Below are positions 51,857 to 62,271 of a stretch of DNA of 64,000 nucleotides, one piece after another (within the stretch, counting starts at the first letter, position 1; every line of letters starts with the position of its first letter). The position numbers were made by a program, and so were the translations under genes. Origin of the DNA: Nitrospirae bacterium MYbin3 (GTDB taxonomy: Bacteria > Nitrospirota > Thermodesulfovibrionia > Thermodesulfovibrionales > Dissulfurispiraceae); assembly GCA_002753335.1 (NCBI GenBank), contig PEAD01000005.1:1-64000 (forward strand), written 5' to 3'. The notes under the pieces are model-generated. The model searched no databases and was not told where the DNA came from. It saw only the letters and a list, made by a program, of their open reading frames with translations.

Positions 51857-54484
51857 TTAAAACTTCCTGATCTTCACCAAATCATAAACCGCTTCAAGCG
51901 CCTTGTCCAGATTCTCGATATTCTTTGTGCCACCCTGCGCCATATCAGGCTTGCCGCCGCCGCTTCCACCGCATAGGGTCGCGACGCTTTTTAAAAGTTT
52001 TCCGGCGTTGTATTCCTTCGACAGGTCTGCAGTTACCATCGCAAGAATTGAGGCCTGACCGTTCAGTGCAGACGACAGTACAATTATTCCTGAGCCGAGT
52101 CTGTCCCTCACATTATCCGCAAGCACACGCAGATCTTTCTGTTCTAAATTATCAACCCTTTTTGAAATAACCTTCACGCCGTTTATCTCAACAGCACTTT
52201 CTAAAACAGAAGAAGAGTTCTGGGAAGCGGCCTTGGCCTTCATCCTGTCAACCTCTTTTTCGGTTTCTTTCAAATCAGCAATAAGTTTTTCAACACGCTC
52301 GGCAGGCTTGTCTGTCTTTAATGTTTCGGCAATTAGACGCAGCTCGTTGCTCCGCTCGCGAAGATGTTCAAAAGCGGCCATGCCTGTCAAGGCCTCTATT
52401 CGCCTGATGCCCGAAGCAACACTACCTTCCGAGATTATAGTGAAAGCCCCGATGTCTCCGGTTGCGGTACAATGCGTGCCGCCGCAAAGCTCGGAACTGA
52501 ACCCGGGCACGCTTACAACCCTGACCTCTTCACCATATTTTTCGCCGAACAGCGCTATAACGCCGGATTTCAAAGCGTCCTGAATATTCATAACCTCGGT
52601 CTGAACAGCAATGTTCTCGACCACCTTTGCATTAACAATATCCTCAATAGCCTCAATCTCTTTTCTGTCGAGTGAATAGAAATGCGCAAAGTCAAAACGC
52701 ATTCTTTCAGGGGAAACCAAAGAACCTGCCTGTTTCACATGGTCGCCAAGAACGCTCCTCAAAGCAGTATGCAGCAGATGAGTCGAAGTATGATTGCGAG
52801 CTGTTGCGCGCCTTGAACTTAAATCAACAACACACTTCACCTTATCCCAAACCTTCAGATTGCCCTGCTTGAGTTTTATGACATGGGCGTGAAGGCTAAC
52901 CTCTTTCTTTGTGTCAACAACATCAGCCTCTATTTCACCGTTAGAAATATTTCCTATGTCGCCCATCTGTCCGCCTGATTCGCCATAAAACGGAGTTTTG
53001 TCAAAGAACAACTCGGCCTCGTCGCCAGCGCTTATCTGCGTTATAACCTTGCCGTCTTTGACTATCGCCTTTACAACAGCTTCGGACTCAAGCGTTTGAT
53101 ATCCGACAAAAACTGTTTCGCCTATTTCTGAGGCAAGCTCTTTGTAAATGGTTGCAATAGCCTCATCCTCGCCAACCCAAGAAGCACGCGCCCTTTCGCG
53201 CTGCATCTGCATTTCACTGTGAAACCCTGCCTCGTCAATTAATAAATGTTTGTCCAGAGCAATATCGCGGGCTAGGTCAAGAGGAAAACCGTATGTGTCA
53301 TAGAGCCTGAATAGCTCGACTCCCGGAATCGTTTTCTGTCCGTCTTTCATCTTTGAGATTAGGTCATCAAGCAGTCTCATTCCCTGTTCGAGCGTGCGGC
53401 TGAAACGCTCTTCCTCTATCATTAACAGCTTAGAAGTCCTCTCTTTTTCGGATGAAAGTTCAGGGTAAACGCTTCCCATAGAATCAACAACCGCATCGAC
53501 CAACTTGCACAAGACAGGTTCAGAAAAACCGAGCAGCCTTGCATGTCTTGAAGCGCGCCTTATTATGCGCCTCATAACATAGCCTCTACCTTCGTTTGAA
53601 GGCACTAGTCCGTCAGATATCAAAAATGTTGAAGCCCTAAGATGGTCAGCTATAACTCTCATCGAAATATCGGTTTCTGGAGATTTGCCGTAAGATATTC
53701 CTGACATGGATTCAACGGCCGATATTATGGGCGAGAAAAGATCGGTATCGAAATTATTCCTCTTGCCCTGCATTATCGCAGTAATTCTTTCAAGCCCCAT
53801 GCCGGTATCAATACTCGGCTTTGGAAGCGGCGTAAGATTGCCCGACTCGTCCCTGTTGTACTGCATGAAAACAAGGTTCCAGAGTTCAAGATACCTGTCG
53901 CAATCACAGCCCAGTTTGCAATCAGTACTGCCGCATCCAACCTCAGGCCCCTGATCTATAATTATTTCGGAACATGGACCGCAAGGCCCGGTGTCGCCCA
54001 TCTGCCAGAAATTATCCTTCTCACCAAGACGAACTATCCTTTCGGCAGGAATGTCGGTAAGCTCTTTCCAGAGCTGTTCAGCCTCATCGTCTTTTAGATA
54101 GACAGTAGCCCACAGCTTGTCTTTAGGCAGTTTATAAACCTCGGTGAAAAGCTCCCACGCAAAAAGAATAGCGTCCTTCTTAAAATAATCGCCGAAAGAA
54201 AAATTTCCGAGCATCTCAAAAAAGGTGTGATGACGTGCGGTATGACCGACATTTTCGAGATCGTTGTGCTTTCCGCCTGCGCGCATACACTTTTGGCAGG
54301 TTGCGGCGCGAGTGTACGGCCTCGACTCCTCTCCAAGAAAGACCGACTTAAACTGAACCATGCCTGCATTAGTGAACAGCAGGGTAGGATCGTTCTTCGG
54401 CATCGAAGAGGAACTTTTTACTAACTCATGCCCTTTTGATTTAAAGAATTCGAGAAAGGCATTCCTGACATCAGAACTCTTCAT
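51857..54484 (-). CDS. alaS: Alanine--tRNA ligase
   Basis: DPTLLFTNAGMVQFK, HHTFFEMLGNFSFGDYFK, HTSTHLLH, ELCGGTH. Confidence 0.98.
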   Translation of the reverse strand: MKSSDVRNAFLEFFKSKGHELVKSSSSMPKNDPTLLFTNAGMVQFKSVFLGEESRPYTRAATCQKCMRAGGKHNDLENVGHTARHHTFFEMLGNFSFGDYFKKDAILFAWELFTEVYKLPKDKLWATVYLKDDEAEQLWKELTDIPAERIVRLGEKDNFWQMGDTGPCGPCSEIIIDQGPEVGCGSTDCKLGCDCDRYLELWNLVFMQYNRDESGNLTPLPKPSIDTGMGLERITAIMQGKRNNFDTDLFSPIISAVESMSGISYGKSPETDISMRVIADHLRASTFLISDGLVPSNEGRGYVMRRIIRRASRHARLLGFSEPVLCKLVDAVVDSMGSVYPELSSEKERTSKLLMIEEERFSRTLEQGMRLLDDLISKMKDGQKTIPGVELFRLYDTYGFPLDLARDIALDKHLLIDEAGFHSEMQMQRERARASWVGEDEAIATIYKELASEIGETVFVGYQTLESEAVVKAIVKDGKVITQISAGDEAELFFDKTPFYGESGGQMGDIGNISNGEIEADVVDTKKEVSLHAHVIKLKQGNLKVWDKVKCVVDLSSRRATARNHTSTHLLHTALRSVLGDHVKQAGSLVSPERMRFDFAHFYSLDRKEIEAIEDIVNAKVVENIAVQTEVMNIQDALKSGVIALFGEKYGEEVRVVSVPGFSSELCGGTHCTATGDIGAFTIISEGSVASGIRRIEALTGMAAFEHLRERSNELRLIAETLKTDKPAERVEKLIADLKETEKEVDRMKAKAASQNSSSVLESAVEINGVKVISKRVDNLEQKDLRVLADNVRDRLGSGIIVLSSALNGQASILAMVTADLSKEYNAGKLLKSVATLCGGSGGGKPDMAQGGTKNIENLDKALEAVYDLVKIRKF

Positions 54485-54499
54485 GATATCTCCTAAGCT

Positions 54500-55114
54500 T
54501 TATTTTCTAACACCGAGGCTCATACCAGAAAGCTTGCCGTTTGTGAATACAAGCCTCGTCTTGCATAAACTCGTTGATGAAAATATCCAGTCTTCAACCA
54601 CAGTATTGTCCTTGTTCTTTACAGTCTTTACTTCATCAGGCGCTCCCCATGAATATCTGACATGCAGCGGGGTCATGGATGTAGCAACCTCACCCTTCAC
54701 TATCCTGTCCTTTATGTGCTGAGGGAAGCTCTTTATCTCGTCCTGAGTGTATCTGACCGGAGATGTTGAATTGTCTGTCTCCTGACCACTGGATATTACC
54801 GAACCAGAAAGCTTGCTGTCAGAAAATACAAGATTTATCTTGCAGATGCCCAATGTTGAAGAGTACAGCCACTCTTCTGTAGAATTGCCATCTTTGGCCT
54901 GAACTTTTTTTACGGAATTCGGGGCCTCCCATGCATACCTCACCTGCTGATAAGTCATGCCTGTCGCAACTTCGCCCTTTACTATCTTCTCCTGAATGTC
55001 GAGAGGATATGTTTGTATCTCTTCCGTCGTATAACGCACAGGTGACGAAACGCAGCCCACCAATAAAAACATCGTCAATAAAACAACCATATACGCAATC
55101 TTCCCTAATTTCAT
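54500..55114 (-). CDS. Lipoprotein with two tandem homologous domains (BamE/SmpA-like fold suspected)
   Basis: Lipobox LVGC; repeats SPVRYT..EI...IVKGEVAT.MT...VRY.W.AP..VK...EW..SS...CK..LVF...KLSG. Confidence 0.7.
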   Translation of the reverse strand: MKLGKIAYMVVLLTMFLLVGCVSSPVRYTTEEIQTYPLDIQEKIVKGEVATGMTYQQVRYAWEAPNSVKKVQAKDGNSTEEWLYSSTLGICKINLVFSDSKLSGSVISSGQETDNSTSPVRYTQDEIKSFPQHIKDRIVKGEVATSMTPLHVRYSWGAPDEVKTVKNKDNTVVEDWIFSSTSLCKTRLVFTNGKLSGMSLGVRK

Positions 55115-55124
55115 AAACGCCTCC

Positions 55125-55586
55125 TCAAACCAAAGATTTTATTATATTGCCTATTGTTTCACTGTCAAAGCCTCTGCGTGCAAGCAGGCCATAGATTCGT
55201 CTGCGCTTTGTATCCCCATCACATTTTTTAAGCATTTTCAGTTTGTTTTCGGCAAGTAACTTAGCGGTTTCTATATACTCGCCGTCCTGCCCAGAAAGTT
55301 CATCAGCAAGATCTTCGCCTATTCCCATCTTTACCAGAAAAGCCTTGATTCCGAACCTTCCCAGATGTTTGTTATTAAGTGCGTAGCGCTTAAAAGCCTC
55401 AGCTGTCTTTCTGTCATTAAGATACCCTTCATCTTCAAGACGCCTGACAGCTTCCTCGGCTGAAGCAGTAGAAAAACCTTTTTCTAATAACTTCTCTCGA
55501 AGCTCCTTTAAGCTTCTGTCCCGCTTTGCAAGCAGCCTATACGCATATTTCAGCGCGCCGGCTAGCGTATCTTCAATTCGCTTCAA
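55125..55586 (-). CDS. recX: Regulatory protein RecX
   Basis: LLAKRDRSLKELREKL, GYLNDR, LARRGF; directly after recA. Confidence 0.9.
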   Translation of the reverse strand: MKRIEDTLAGALKYAYRLLAKRDRSLKELREKLLEKGFSTASAEEAVRRLEDEGYLNDRKTAEAFKRYALNNKHLGRFGIKAFLVKMGIGEDLADELSGQDGEYIETAKLLAENKLKMLKKCDGDTKRRRIYGLLARRGFDSETIGNIIKSLV

Positions 55587-55589
55587 GTC

Positions 55590-56609
55590 CTATTTTTCTT
55601 TTGCTTCCGGAGCTTTTTGTTTGATTCCGTAAATATCGTAAATTTTCTTTTCAATCTCTGAGGCCGTTTCAGGATTATTCTTCAAATACTCCCTGACATT
55701 GTCACGCCCCTGTCCAACCTTGCCGCCTGAATAACTGTACCATGCTCCGGACTTCTCTATTACGCCCTTGTCAACCGCAAGGTCTATTATCTCGCCAACC
55801 CTCGAAATACCCTCGTTAAAGTAGATATCATACTCGGCCTGCCTAAATGGAGGCGCCACTTTGTTTTTTACAATCTTTACCCTTATCCTCCCGCCGATAA
55901 CTTCCTGTCCGTCTTTGAGATTGTCTATCTTCCTTATATCGAGCCTCATGGAGGAATAGAATTTCAAAGCATTTCCGCCAGTGGTTGTTTCTGGATTTCC
56001 GAACATAACGCCTATCTTCATTCTTATCTGATTTATAAAAACCACAGTAGTAGCAGACTTGGATATGGCAGCCGTCAGCTTTCTCAGCGCCTGACTCATC
56101 AACCTTGCCTGAAGTCCCATATGCGAATCACCCATATCGCCTTCTATCTCGGCCTTTGGCACAAGGGCTGCCACAGAGTCAACTACCACAATGTCAACAG
56201 CTCCGCTCCTGACAAGAGTTTCGGTAACTTCGAGCGCCTGCTCACCTGTATCAGGCTGAGAAACGAGAAGTTCCTCGATATTCAATCCCAATTTAGACGC
56301 GTAAGTTACATCCAGAGCATGCTCAGCATCAACAAACGCCGCCACACCGCCGGCCTTCTGTGCCTGCGCGATAGCATTCAGCGCAAGCGTGGTCTTTCCG
56401 GATGATTCTGGACCGAATATCTCGATAATCCTGCCGCGCGGAAAGCCACCTATACCTGTCGCAATGTCGAGTGTCAGCGATCCGGTCGGTATGGCCTGCA
56501 CACCTTCTGCCACATCGCTCGCGCCGAGACGCATAATAGAACCTTTTCCGAAATTCTTTTCTATCTGTGAAATAGCGTTTTCTAGCGCCTTAATTTTTTC
56601 TTTGTTCAC
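55590..56609 (-). CDS. recA: Recombinase RecA
   Basis: [39 protein letters not shown] before GTG start. Confidence 0.98.
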   Translation of the reverse strand: MNKEKIKALENAISQIEKNFGKGSIMRLGASDVAEGVQAIPTGSLTLDIATGIGGFPRGRIIEIFGPESSGKTTLALNAIAQAQKAGGVAAFVDAEHALDVTYASKLGLNIEELLVSQPDTGEQALEVTETLVRSGAVDIVVVDSVAALVPKAEIEGDMGDSHMGLQARLMSQALRKLTAAISKSATTVVFINQIRMKIGVMFGNPETTTGGNALKFYSSMRLDIRKIDNLKDGQEVIGGRIRVKIVKNKVAPPFRQAEYDIYFNEGISRVGEIIDLAVDKGVIEKSGAWYSYSGGKVGQGRDNVREYLKNNPETASEIEKKIYDIYGIKQKAPEAKEK

Positions 56610-56775
56610 TTTGTTCCTCCTTTAATGGTTTTATCCCGATATTTTTTTCAGTATTATAACATTATGAGCGGCCAAAGGAAGCAGCGAAATTTAAGTTAAT
56701 TCCATGTCAAACTAATTATTGTTGATAGAACGGATATGTGCAAATACCTGCGATAAGACTGGGGATTGCGAAAAT

Positions 56776-56964
56776 CTATATCTGTTTAAACAGATATTCT
56801 TTTGACCTAATCACAAAAGGGATTTCTTTGGGAAATATTTCGTCTATGTCCTCTCTCGAAATTGTGACTTCTTACATATAATCACACTTCTGTCTCAGCT
56901 CAAAGGCATAATAGAGTGCGCTAGAAAACTCCTTATCAAACACGCCGTTTTTTACAAACTCTCC
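56776..56964 (-). pseudogene. Remnant of a HEPN-domain (UPF0332-like) gene
   Basis: Manual translation GEFVKNGVFDKEFSSALYYAFELRQKCDYM*EVTISREDIDEIFPKEIPFVIRSKEYLFKQI*; 5' truncated, internal TAA at 56872-56874. Confidence 0.6.
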
Positions 56965-57004
56965 CCAATAGGCATATTAAAATTTAGGTTTTAACTTTGT
57001 AACT

Positions 57005-57679
57005 TTAATTAAGTCTTGGATTGTGGCAATTCCCAGTAATAACCAGCGTCGCAAGGTTATAAGCCGAATGAAAAACTATCGCAGACCAGAGAGAACCTGT
57101 TCTTTTAAAGAGCCAGCCTAGGAAAAGTCCGAATACCAAGACGTTCAGGCCATCGGCAAAAATATTATTATCTCCATGATAAATCCAGCTCGGCATATGT
57201 GACAGTGCAAAGAGAAAAGAGGCAATAAAATTCGCTTTCCAGAATGACGCAAAGCCTTGAAGCTTCTGAAGGACAAAGCCCCGGAAGAACGGCTCCTCTA
57301 TTATGCCTGCAAAAATAACGCCGCCCACAATATCGCCGATAAAAGGAGTTTTGAAAAGCTGGTCCGAGCCTGAAAAGATGCCTGCCATAAAGCGAAAAGC
57401 AAAGAACGCTATTCCTGCTGCAATGCCAAGCCCGATACCTCGTAAAATACGGTCATCGATCTTCAAATAATAATATGGGCTAATACGTTCAAAAAATTTC
57501 AGATATAAATACAGGGGAGCAATCCAGATAAATATTTTTGTCAGGTTCCTTATGCTTTCAACGATTACAGGCTCAGCAAAGGTCTTTGCGACATACGGAA
57601 TAAGAAAGACGGTCCTTACGCTCCAAACAACAAAAAAAACAGCCATATATAGTACAAAACGATTTTTGTCCGAATTCAT
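57005..57679 (-). CDS. CPBP/CAAX (Abi) intramembrane metalloprotease
   Basis: EEPFFRG, FALSH, SLWSAIVFHSAYN. Confidence 0.9.
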   Translation of the reverse strand: MNSDKNRFVLYMAVFFVVWSVRTVFLIPYVAKTFAEPVIVESIRNLTKIFIWIAPLYLYLKFFERISPYYYLKIDDRILRGIGLGIAAGIAFFAFRFMAGIFSGSDQLFKTPFIGDIVGGVIFAGIIEEPFFRGFVLQKLQGFASFWKANFIASFLFALSHMPSWIYHGDNNIFADGLNVLVFGLFLGWLFKRTGSLWSAIVFHSAYNLATLVITGNCHNPRLN

Positions 57680-57684
57680 GCGGA

Positions 57685-59403
57685 CTATTTTATGCCGTAC
57701 TTTCTGATTTTGTAATATAGGTTTCTGACCGCAATATCAAGAAGTGCCGCTGTCTTTTCCCTATTGTCACCTGTTTCCTTCAACGCCCTGATAATCGCAG
57801 CCTTCTCTGCCTCGGCAGTTGACTGTGCCAGCGGCTGCACTGTCTTGCTTTCAACACCTAAAAATGTTTGTGCTATTCGTTCAGATCCCAGCAGAGGCAG
57901 ATGCTCTACCTCAATAATATTTTCCTTGTAACTCATGTTTATCATCGCCCTGCCGATTATATTTTCGAGCTCTCGCACATTGCCCGGCCAGTTGTAGTTC
58001 ATAAGGATTTCGAGCGCAAAGCGCGAAATGCCCTGCACCTCGCGGCCGAACTCCTGGTTCAGGCTGTAAATAATCTGTTCAACAAGGAGCGGAATATCAT
58101 TTCTGCGGTCCCTCAGTGGCGGAATATGTATAGGAATGACATTAAGCCTGTAGTATAGATCTTCCCTGAAAGATTTCTCCTTTATCTTTTGTTCAAGGTC
58201 TGCGTTGGTGGCGGTGATAATCCTGACATCAACAGATATGTGGCCGGTCCCCCCGACTTTTACTATCTCCTTTTCCTGAAGCACCCTTAGCAGCTTCTTC
58301 TGAAGTGATAGACTGATCTCTCCTATTTCATCCAGGAATATCGTACCTCGGGTCGCCTCCTCAAAAAGCCCTATTTTGCCGCCTTTAAGCGCACCGGTGA
58401 ACGCGCCCTCCTCGTAGCCAAAAAGCTCGCTTTCGAGCAACTCTTCCGCTATCGCAGCGCAGTTAACTCTTACAAACTGTCCTTTGCTCCTGCTGCTTGC
58501 ATTGTGTATCGCATGCGCAAAAAGCTCTTTGCCTGTACCGCTTTCACCCCGCAGCAAAACAGTAGCAGGAGTTTCTGCGGCGCGGCGCGCCTGCTCTTTC
58601 GCAATCTCAATAACCGGGCTCTTGCCTGTTATGTCATCCAGTGTATAGTCTGCCTTAAGATGTCTTATAAGTTTTTTTGCCTGTGCAAGGTTTTCGTTTA
58701 AAGAAATAATTTCGGAAATGTCATGAATAACTCCGACACTGCCGCTGATCTTGCCATCCACGATTACCGGGGCAACATTAACTATGACCGCTTTTTTTGC
58801 AGGCCCCACCTTCATTCTTACATTCCTTACCGGCTTGCCTGTCTTGAGCACTTGAAGATGCATGCTTTCGCCTTCGGCAATATCAATAGTTACTGGCCTG
58901 TTTATTACCGCCTCTTTCGGAAAGCCTGTGATTCTTGTGTATGCCGAGTTTACGATGATGTTATTGCCGTTCTCGTCCGCAACCGAAATAGCGTCTTCTG
59001 TTGATTCGATTATAGCCTCTAAAAGTGTGCGGAGTCGCCAAAGCCCAGAAACCTGGTCTGTCAGAGACTTTATTTCGGTAATATCGCGGAATACAGCTAT
59101 GGCGCCAATTACCTTTTCTTTTTCGTCCTTAAGAGGAATTCTGCTTGTGATAATTACGGTATGTCCAAGATTCTGCTGTCGGTTCATTTCGGTTTCTCCG
59201 CTCTTGAGAACAGCAGGAAGACGGGTATTCGGTATGGCATCAACAGCCTGTATGCCGATTACATTTTCTTTCTTGAGGCCTGTAATGCGTTCAGCAGCGG
59301 TGTTAAAAATAACTACGCGGCAGTCACGGTCAACCGCAATAATGCCGTCATTCAGCGAATCGAGAATAGTCCCAAATCCCTTGCTTATAAGCAATTCAAG
59401 CAT
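57685..59403 (-). CDS. Sigma54-dependent transcriptional activator with two PAS domains
   Basis: [30 protein letters not shown]-terminal HTH. Confidence 0.94.
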   Translation of the reverse strand: MLELLISKGFGTILDSLNDGIIAVDRDCRVVIFNTAAERITGLKKENVIGIQAVDAIPNTRLPAVLKSGETEMNRQQNLGHTVIITSRIPLKDEKEKVIGAIAVFRDITEIKSLTDQVSGLWRLRTLLEAIIESTEDAISVADENGNNIIVNSAYTRITGFPKEAVINRPVTIDIAEGESMHLQVLKTGKPVRNVRMKVGPAKKAVIVNVAPVIVDGKISGSVGVIHDISEIISLNENLAQAKKLIRHLKADYTLDDITGKSPVIEIAKEQARRAAETPATVLLRGESGTGKELFAHAIHNASSRSKGQFVRVNCAAIAEELLESELFGYEEGAFTGALKGGKIGLFEEATRGTIFLDEIGEISLSLQKKLLRVLQEKEIVKVGGTGHISVDVRIITATNADLEQKIKEKSFREDLYYRLNVIPIHIPPLRDRRNDIPLLVEQIIYSLNQEFGREVQGISRFALEILMNYNWPGNVRELENIIGRAMINMSYKENIIEVEHLPLLGSERIAQTFLGVESKTVQPLAQSTAEAEKAAIIRALKETGDNREKTAALLDIAVRNLYYKIRKYGIK

Positions 59404-59423
59404 TATAATTTCAAAAAGTTTTT

Positions 59424-59536
59424 AACCACAGAGAACTCTGAGAAAGGCTCAAGGGAAAAAGAAAAAACAGTCAAAGAAACACAGAGCAAAATCATCTTTC
59501 CAAATATGTTAGCCTCTCTCTGTGTGCCCTGTGGTT
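59424..59536. repeat. Degenerate AACCACAGAG...CTGTGGTT palindromic intergenic element
   Basis: Left AACCACAGAGAACTCTGAGA, internal ACACAGAG, right TCTCTGTGTGCCCTGTGGTT; imperfect inverted ends. Confidence 0.5.
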
Positions 59537-59557
59537 TGCTGTAATGCATTACTTTTT

Positions 59558-60376
59558 TTAATATGAGCAAAAAAACTGGGTTTCGTCAGGAAAATCAAAG
59601 GCAGGCAGATCCTTTTCAGCTTCAAAAAAAACGATGCTTCCATCAGCCGTAATCTTAGCGACCCTGCGTTTATGGCCAGAGTCGGATGATGATTCCATAG
59701 GTTCTGAGAAATGTCCAGGAAGATGCGGACGAGGTGAGCTTTCTATGGGCGAAAACAATCCATTCTTAGCCACAACACCGACCTCAACAACATAAAAACC
59801 TCCCGGCTTCACAGCAATAAAATGTTCATCCACCCTGTCGGATATCGGAACGAGAAACGATTCATCGCTCTTTATATCGATCACCTTCAGGTTAAGATCG
59901 CCTTCGTGTTTTGCAAAACTCTCTTCCGAAATCTCCCAATAGGCATATATCCGTTCTGGTGAAACGGTCATAACCATAACAATATTCTCATCCTGCTTGG
60001 CTAAAGATTTTTTGTTTATCTTTTTTACGGCCGGCTTTTTTGAAATTTCTGCTTTTGATTTTTCAGGTGGCGCTTTTTTCTTTTGTGCCGGAGTTTTTCT
60101 TTCAATCGCTGTTTTTTTAAGCGCTGCAGACTTCGAGGGTTTGGACTTTTTCTCTTCTTTTTTTGCTTTAGGCTTAACTTTTTTGGAAGGTACTACCGCC
60201 TTTTTTTTAGCAGATGCTACCTTTGCTTTCTTTTTTTCGGAAGGCTTAGAAGATTTCTTCGAGATAGCTTCTGCAAAATCATTTTTGGTCCAGCCTTTCT
60301 TTGCCGAAATTCCGGCTTCTTTGGCAAGGGATCTGAGCTCCTTTATATCTTTTTCTGCAATCTCTTTTTTCGTCAT
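59558..60376 (-). CDS. DUF4912-like protein with Rho_N-like start and Lys/Ala-rich region
   Basis: ELRSLAKEAGI, histone-H1-like KKA repeats, SPERIYAYWEI, YVVEVG. Confidence 0.7.
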   Translation of the reverse strand: MTKKEIAEKDIKELRSLAKEAGISAKKGWTKNDFAEAISKKSSKPSEKKKAKVASAKKKAVVPSKKVKPKAKKEEKKSKPSKSAALKKTAIERKTPAQKKKAPPEKSKAEISKKPAVKKINKKSLAKQDENIVMVMTVSPERIYAYWEISEESFAKHEGDLNLKVIDIKSDESFLVPISDRVDEHFIAVKPGGFYVVEVGVVAKNGLFSPIESSPRPHLPGHFSEPMESSSDSGHKRRVAKITADGSIVFFEAEKDLPAFDFPDETQFFCSY

Positions 60377-60459
60377 CTTCTCCCCCAGCGGCGGTAAAGG
60401 CTGTAAGGGTAATTATATACCAACCTTTTCCAAAACTGCCAACGGCCAACCGGTGGCGG

Positions 60460-62265
60460 TCAATGCGCTTTTGCCCAGTTTTCGCCCCATCCCATATCCA
60501 CTTTAAGAGGGACAGAAAGCGTAAGAGCATTCTCCATCGCCTCCTTAACAAGAGAAAGAACCCTATTGAGCTCGTCATGAGGGCATTCAAACACAAGCTC
60601 ATCATGTATCTGCAGTATCATCCGTGTTTTAAAGTTGTTCTGTTTAAGACTGCCGCTTGCTGTTATCATCGCTTTTTTTACAAGATCTGCCGCAGTGCCC
60701 TGAATAGGTGTATTTATAGCAAACCTCTCGGACTGCTGTCTTATATTGCTGTTGGAGTTGTTGATGTCCGGCAGAGGCCTCTTTCTTCCAAGCAGGGTGG
60801 TGACATAACCGTCGGTCCTCGCTTTTTTGATAGTCTCCTCCATATAATCCTTAACTCCACCGTATTTGGCAAAATACTGTTCGATAAATACACCTGCTTC
60901 TTTGGGGGATATTCCAAGGGATTCAGAAAGACCAAAAGCGCTTATGCCGTAGATAACGCCGAAGTTTACCGTCTTTGCAACCCGGCGCATATCTGATGTC
61001 ACCACTTCGTTGGCAACTCCGAAAAGCTGGGCAGCGGTGTTGGTGTGTATATCCGCATCATGTATGAAGGCATCAATCAGCCCCTTGTCCCTGCTCATAT
61101 GGGCAAGTATCCTTAACTCCACCTGAGAATAATCTGCCGATATTATTACGCAGTCTTTGTCAGCTATAAAAACCTCTCGTATCTTCCTGCCCCAATCCCC
61201 TCGCACCGGAATATTCTGAAGATTCGGATCGCTGCTGCTAAGTCTGCCTGTTGCTGTTACGGTCTGGTTGAAAGATGTATGTATGCGGCCTGTTTGCTTA
61301 TTGGCTATCCTGGGAAGCGCATCAACATATGTTGTTTTGAGCTTATAAAATGTCCGGTAATTAAGAATCTGTTGAGGAAGCTCATGCTGCTTTGCAAGCT
61401 CCTCAAGCACCTCAACGCTCGTAGAGAAGCCTGTCTTGGTTTTCTTGGTAGGCTTCAACCCTAATTTTTCAAATAAAATCTGGGCAAGCTGCTTTGGGGA
61501 ATTTATGTTAAAGTTTTCTCCGGATATGCCGTATATACCTGATTCTATAAGGTCGAGCTCTCTTTCGAGCTCCTTGGACAACTCGCCAAGCCTTTCTGTG
61601 TCAACAAGCACGCCTGCCTGTTCCATATCTGCCAGTATGCGGATCAGAGGCATTTCCATAGAAAAATACAGTTCGCTAAGCCCTTCAGAATCGAGCTTCT
61701 TGAAAAGTATTTCTTTTAGCTCCATCGCAAGGGCCGCATCCTCTGCTGCGTATGGGGTCGCCTCATCAGGAGGTACGTCAGCAAAAGAATCCCTCTTGCC
61801 AAGAGCTTCGCTAAAAGGTCTTTTCCGATGGCTGAGATATTCTATTCCGGTGTCTTCAAGACTGTGGTTGGACTTGTTAGGATTCAACAGGTATGCAGCC
61901 ACCATAGTGTCATACAAATCGCCTTTTACAGCAGTATCTTCGCCTCTCAGCATCAAAATATCAAACTTGAGATTGTGGCCTATCTTCGGAATTGAAGAGT
62001 CTTCAAGCGGAGCCTTTAGAATGCTTAATGCCTCATCAACATTCCGGACATTGTTATGCCTGACAGGAACATAAAAGGCTTTACCCTTTTCCCTGCAAAG
62101 AGCTATGCCCACTACTGAATCGCTGAGAGGATTGCTGCCGGTTGATTCTATATCAAAGGCAAGTTCGGACAGGCTTATGGAATGCGAGTGGCTCTTCTTT
62201 TTTGCAGGTCTGCCATTTTCTTCTTTCTGCTCCGGCTCGTCCGCAAAAAGTGAATACTGCTTCAG
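60460..62265 (-). CDS. polA: DNA polymerase I, Klenow-type (3'-5' exonuclease + polymerase, no 5'-3' nuclease)
   Basis: Frame open from CTG 62265 (GGAG upstream); ExoI AFDIEST, ExoII GHNLKFD, ExoIII YAAED; TATGRLSSSDPNLQNIP, DYSQVELR, KTVNFGVIYG, QIHDEL; start codon inferred. Confidence 0.88.
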   Translation of the reverse strand: MKQYSLFADEPEQKEENGRPAKKKSHSHSISLSELAFDIESTGSNPLSDSVVGIALCREKGKAFYVPVRHNNVRNVDEALSILKAPLEDSSIPKIGHNLKFDILMLRGEDTAVKGDLYDTMVAAYLLNPNKSNHSLEDTGIEYLSHRKRPFSEALGKRDSFADVPPDEATPYAAEDAALAMELKEILFKKLDSEGLSELYFSMEMPLIRILADMEQAGVLVDTERLGELSKELERELDLIESGIYGISGENFNINSPKQLAQILFEKLGLKPTKKTKTGFSTSVEVLEELAKQHELPQQILNYRTFYKLKTTYVDALPRIANKQTGRIHTSFNQTVTATGRLSSSDPNLQNIPVRGDWGRKIREVFIADKDCVIISADYSQVELRILAHMSRDKGLIDAFIHDADIHTNTAAQLFGVANEVVTSDMRRVAKTVNFGVIYGISAFGLSESLGISPKEAGVFIEQYFAKYGGVKDYMEETIKKARTDGYVTTLLGRKRPLPDINNSNSNIRQQSERFAINTPIQGTAADLVKKAMITASGSLKQNNFKTRMILQIHDELVFECPHDELNRVLSLVKEAMENALTLSVPLKVDMGWGENWAKAH

Positions 62266-62271
62266 TGTTTT

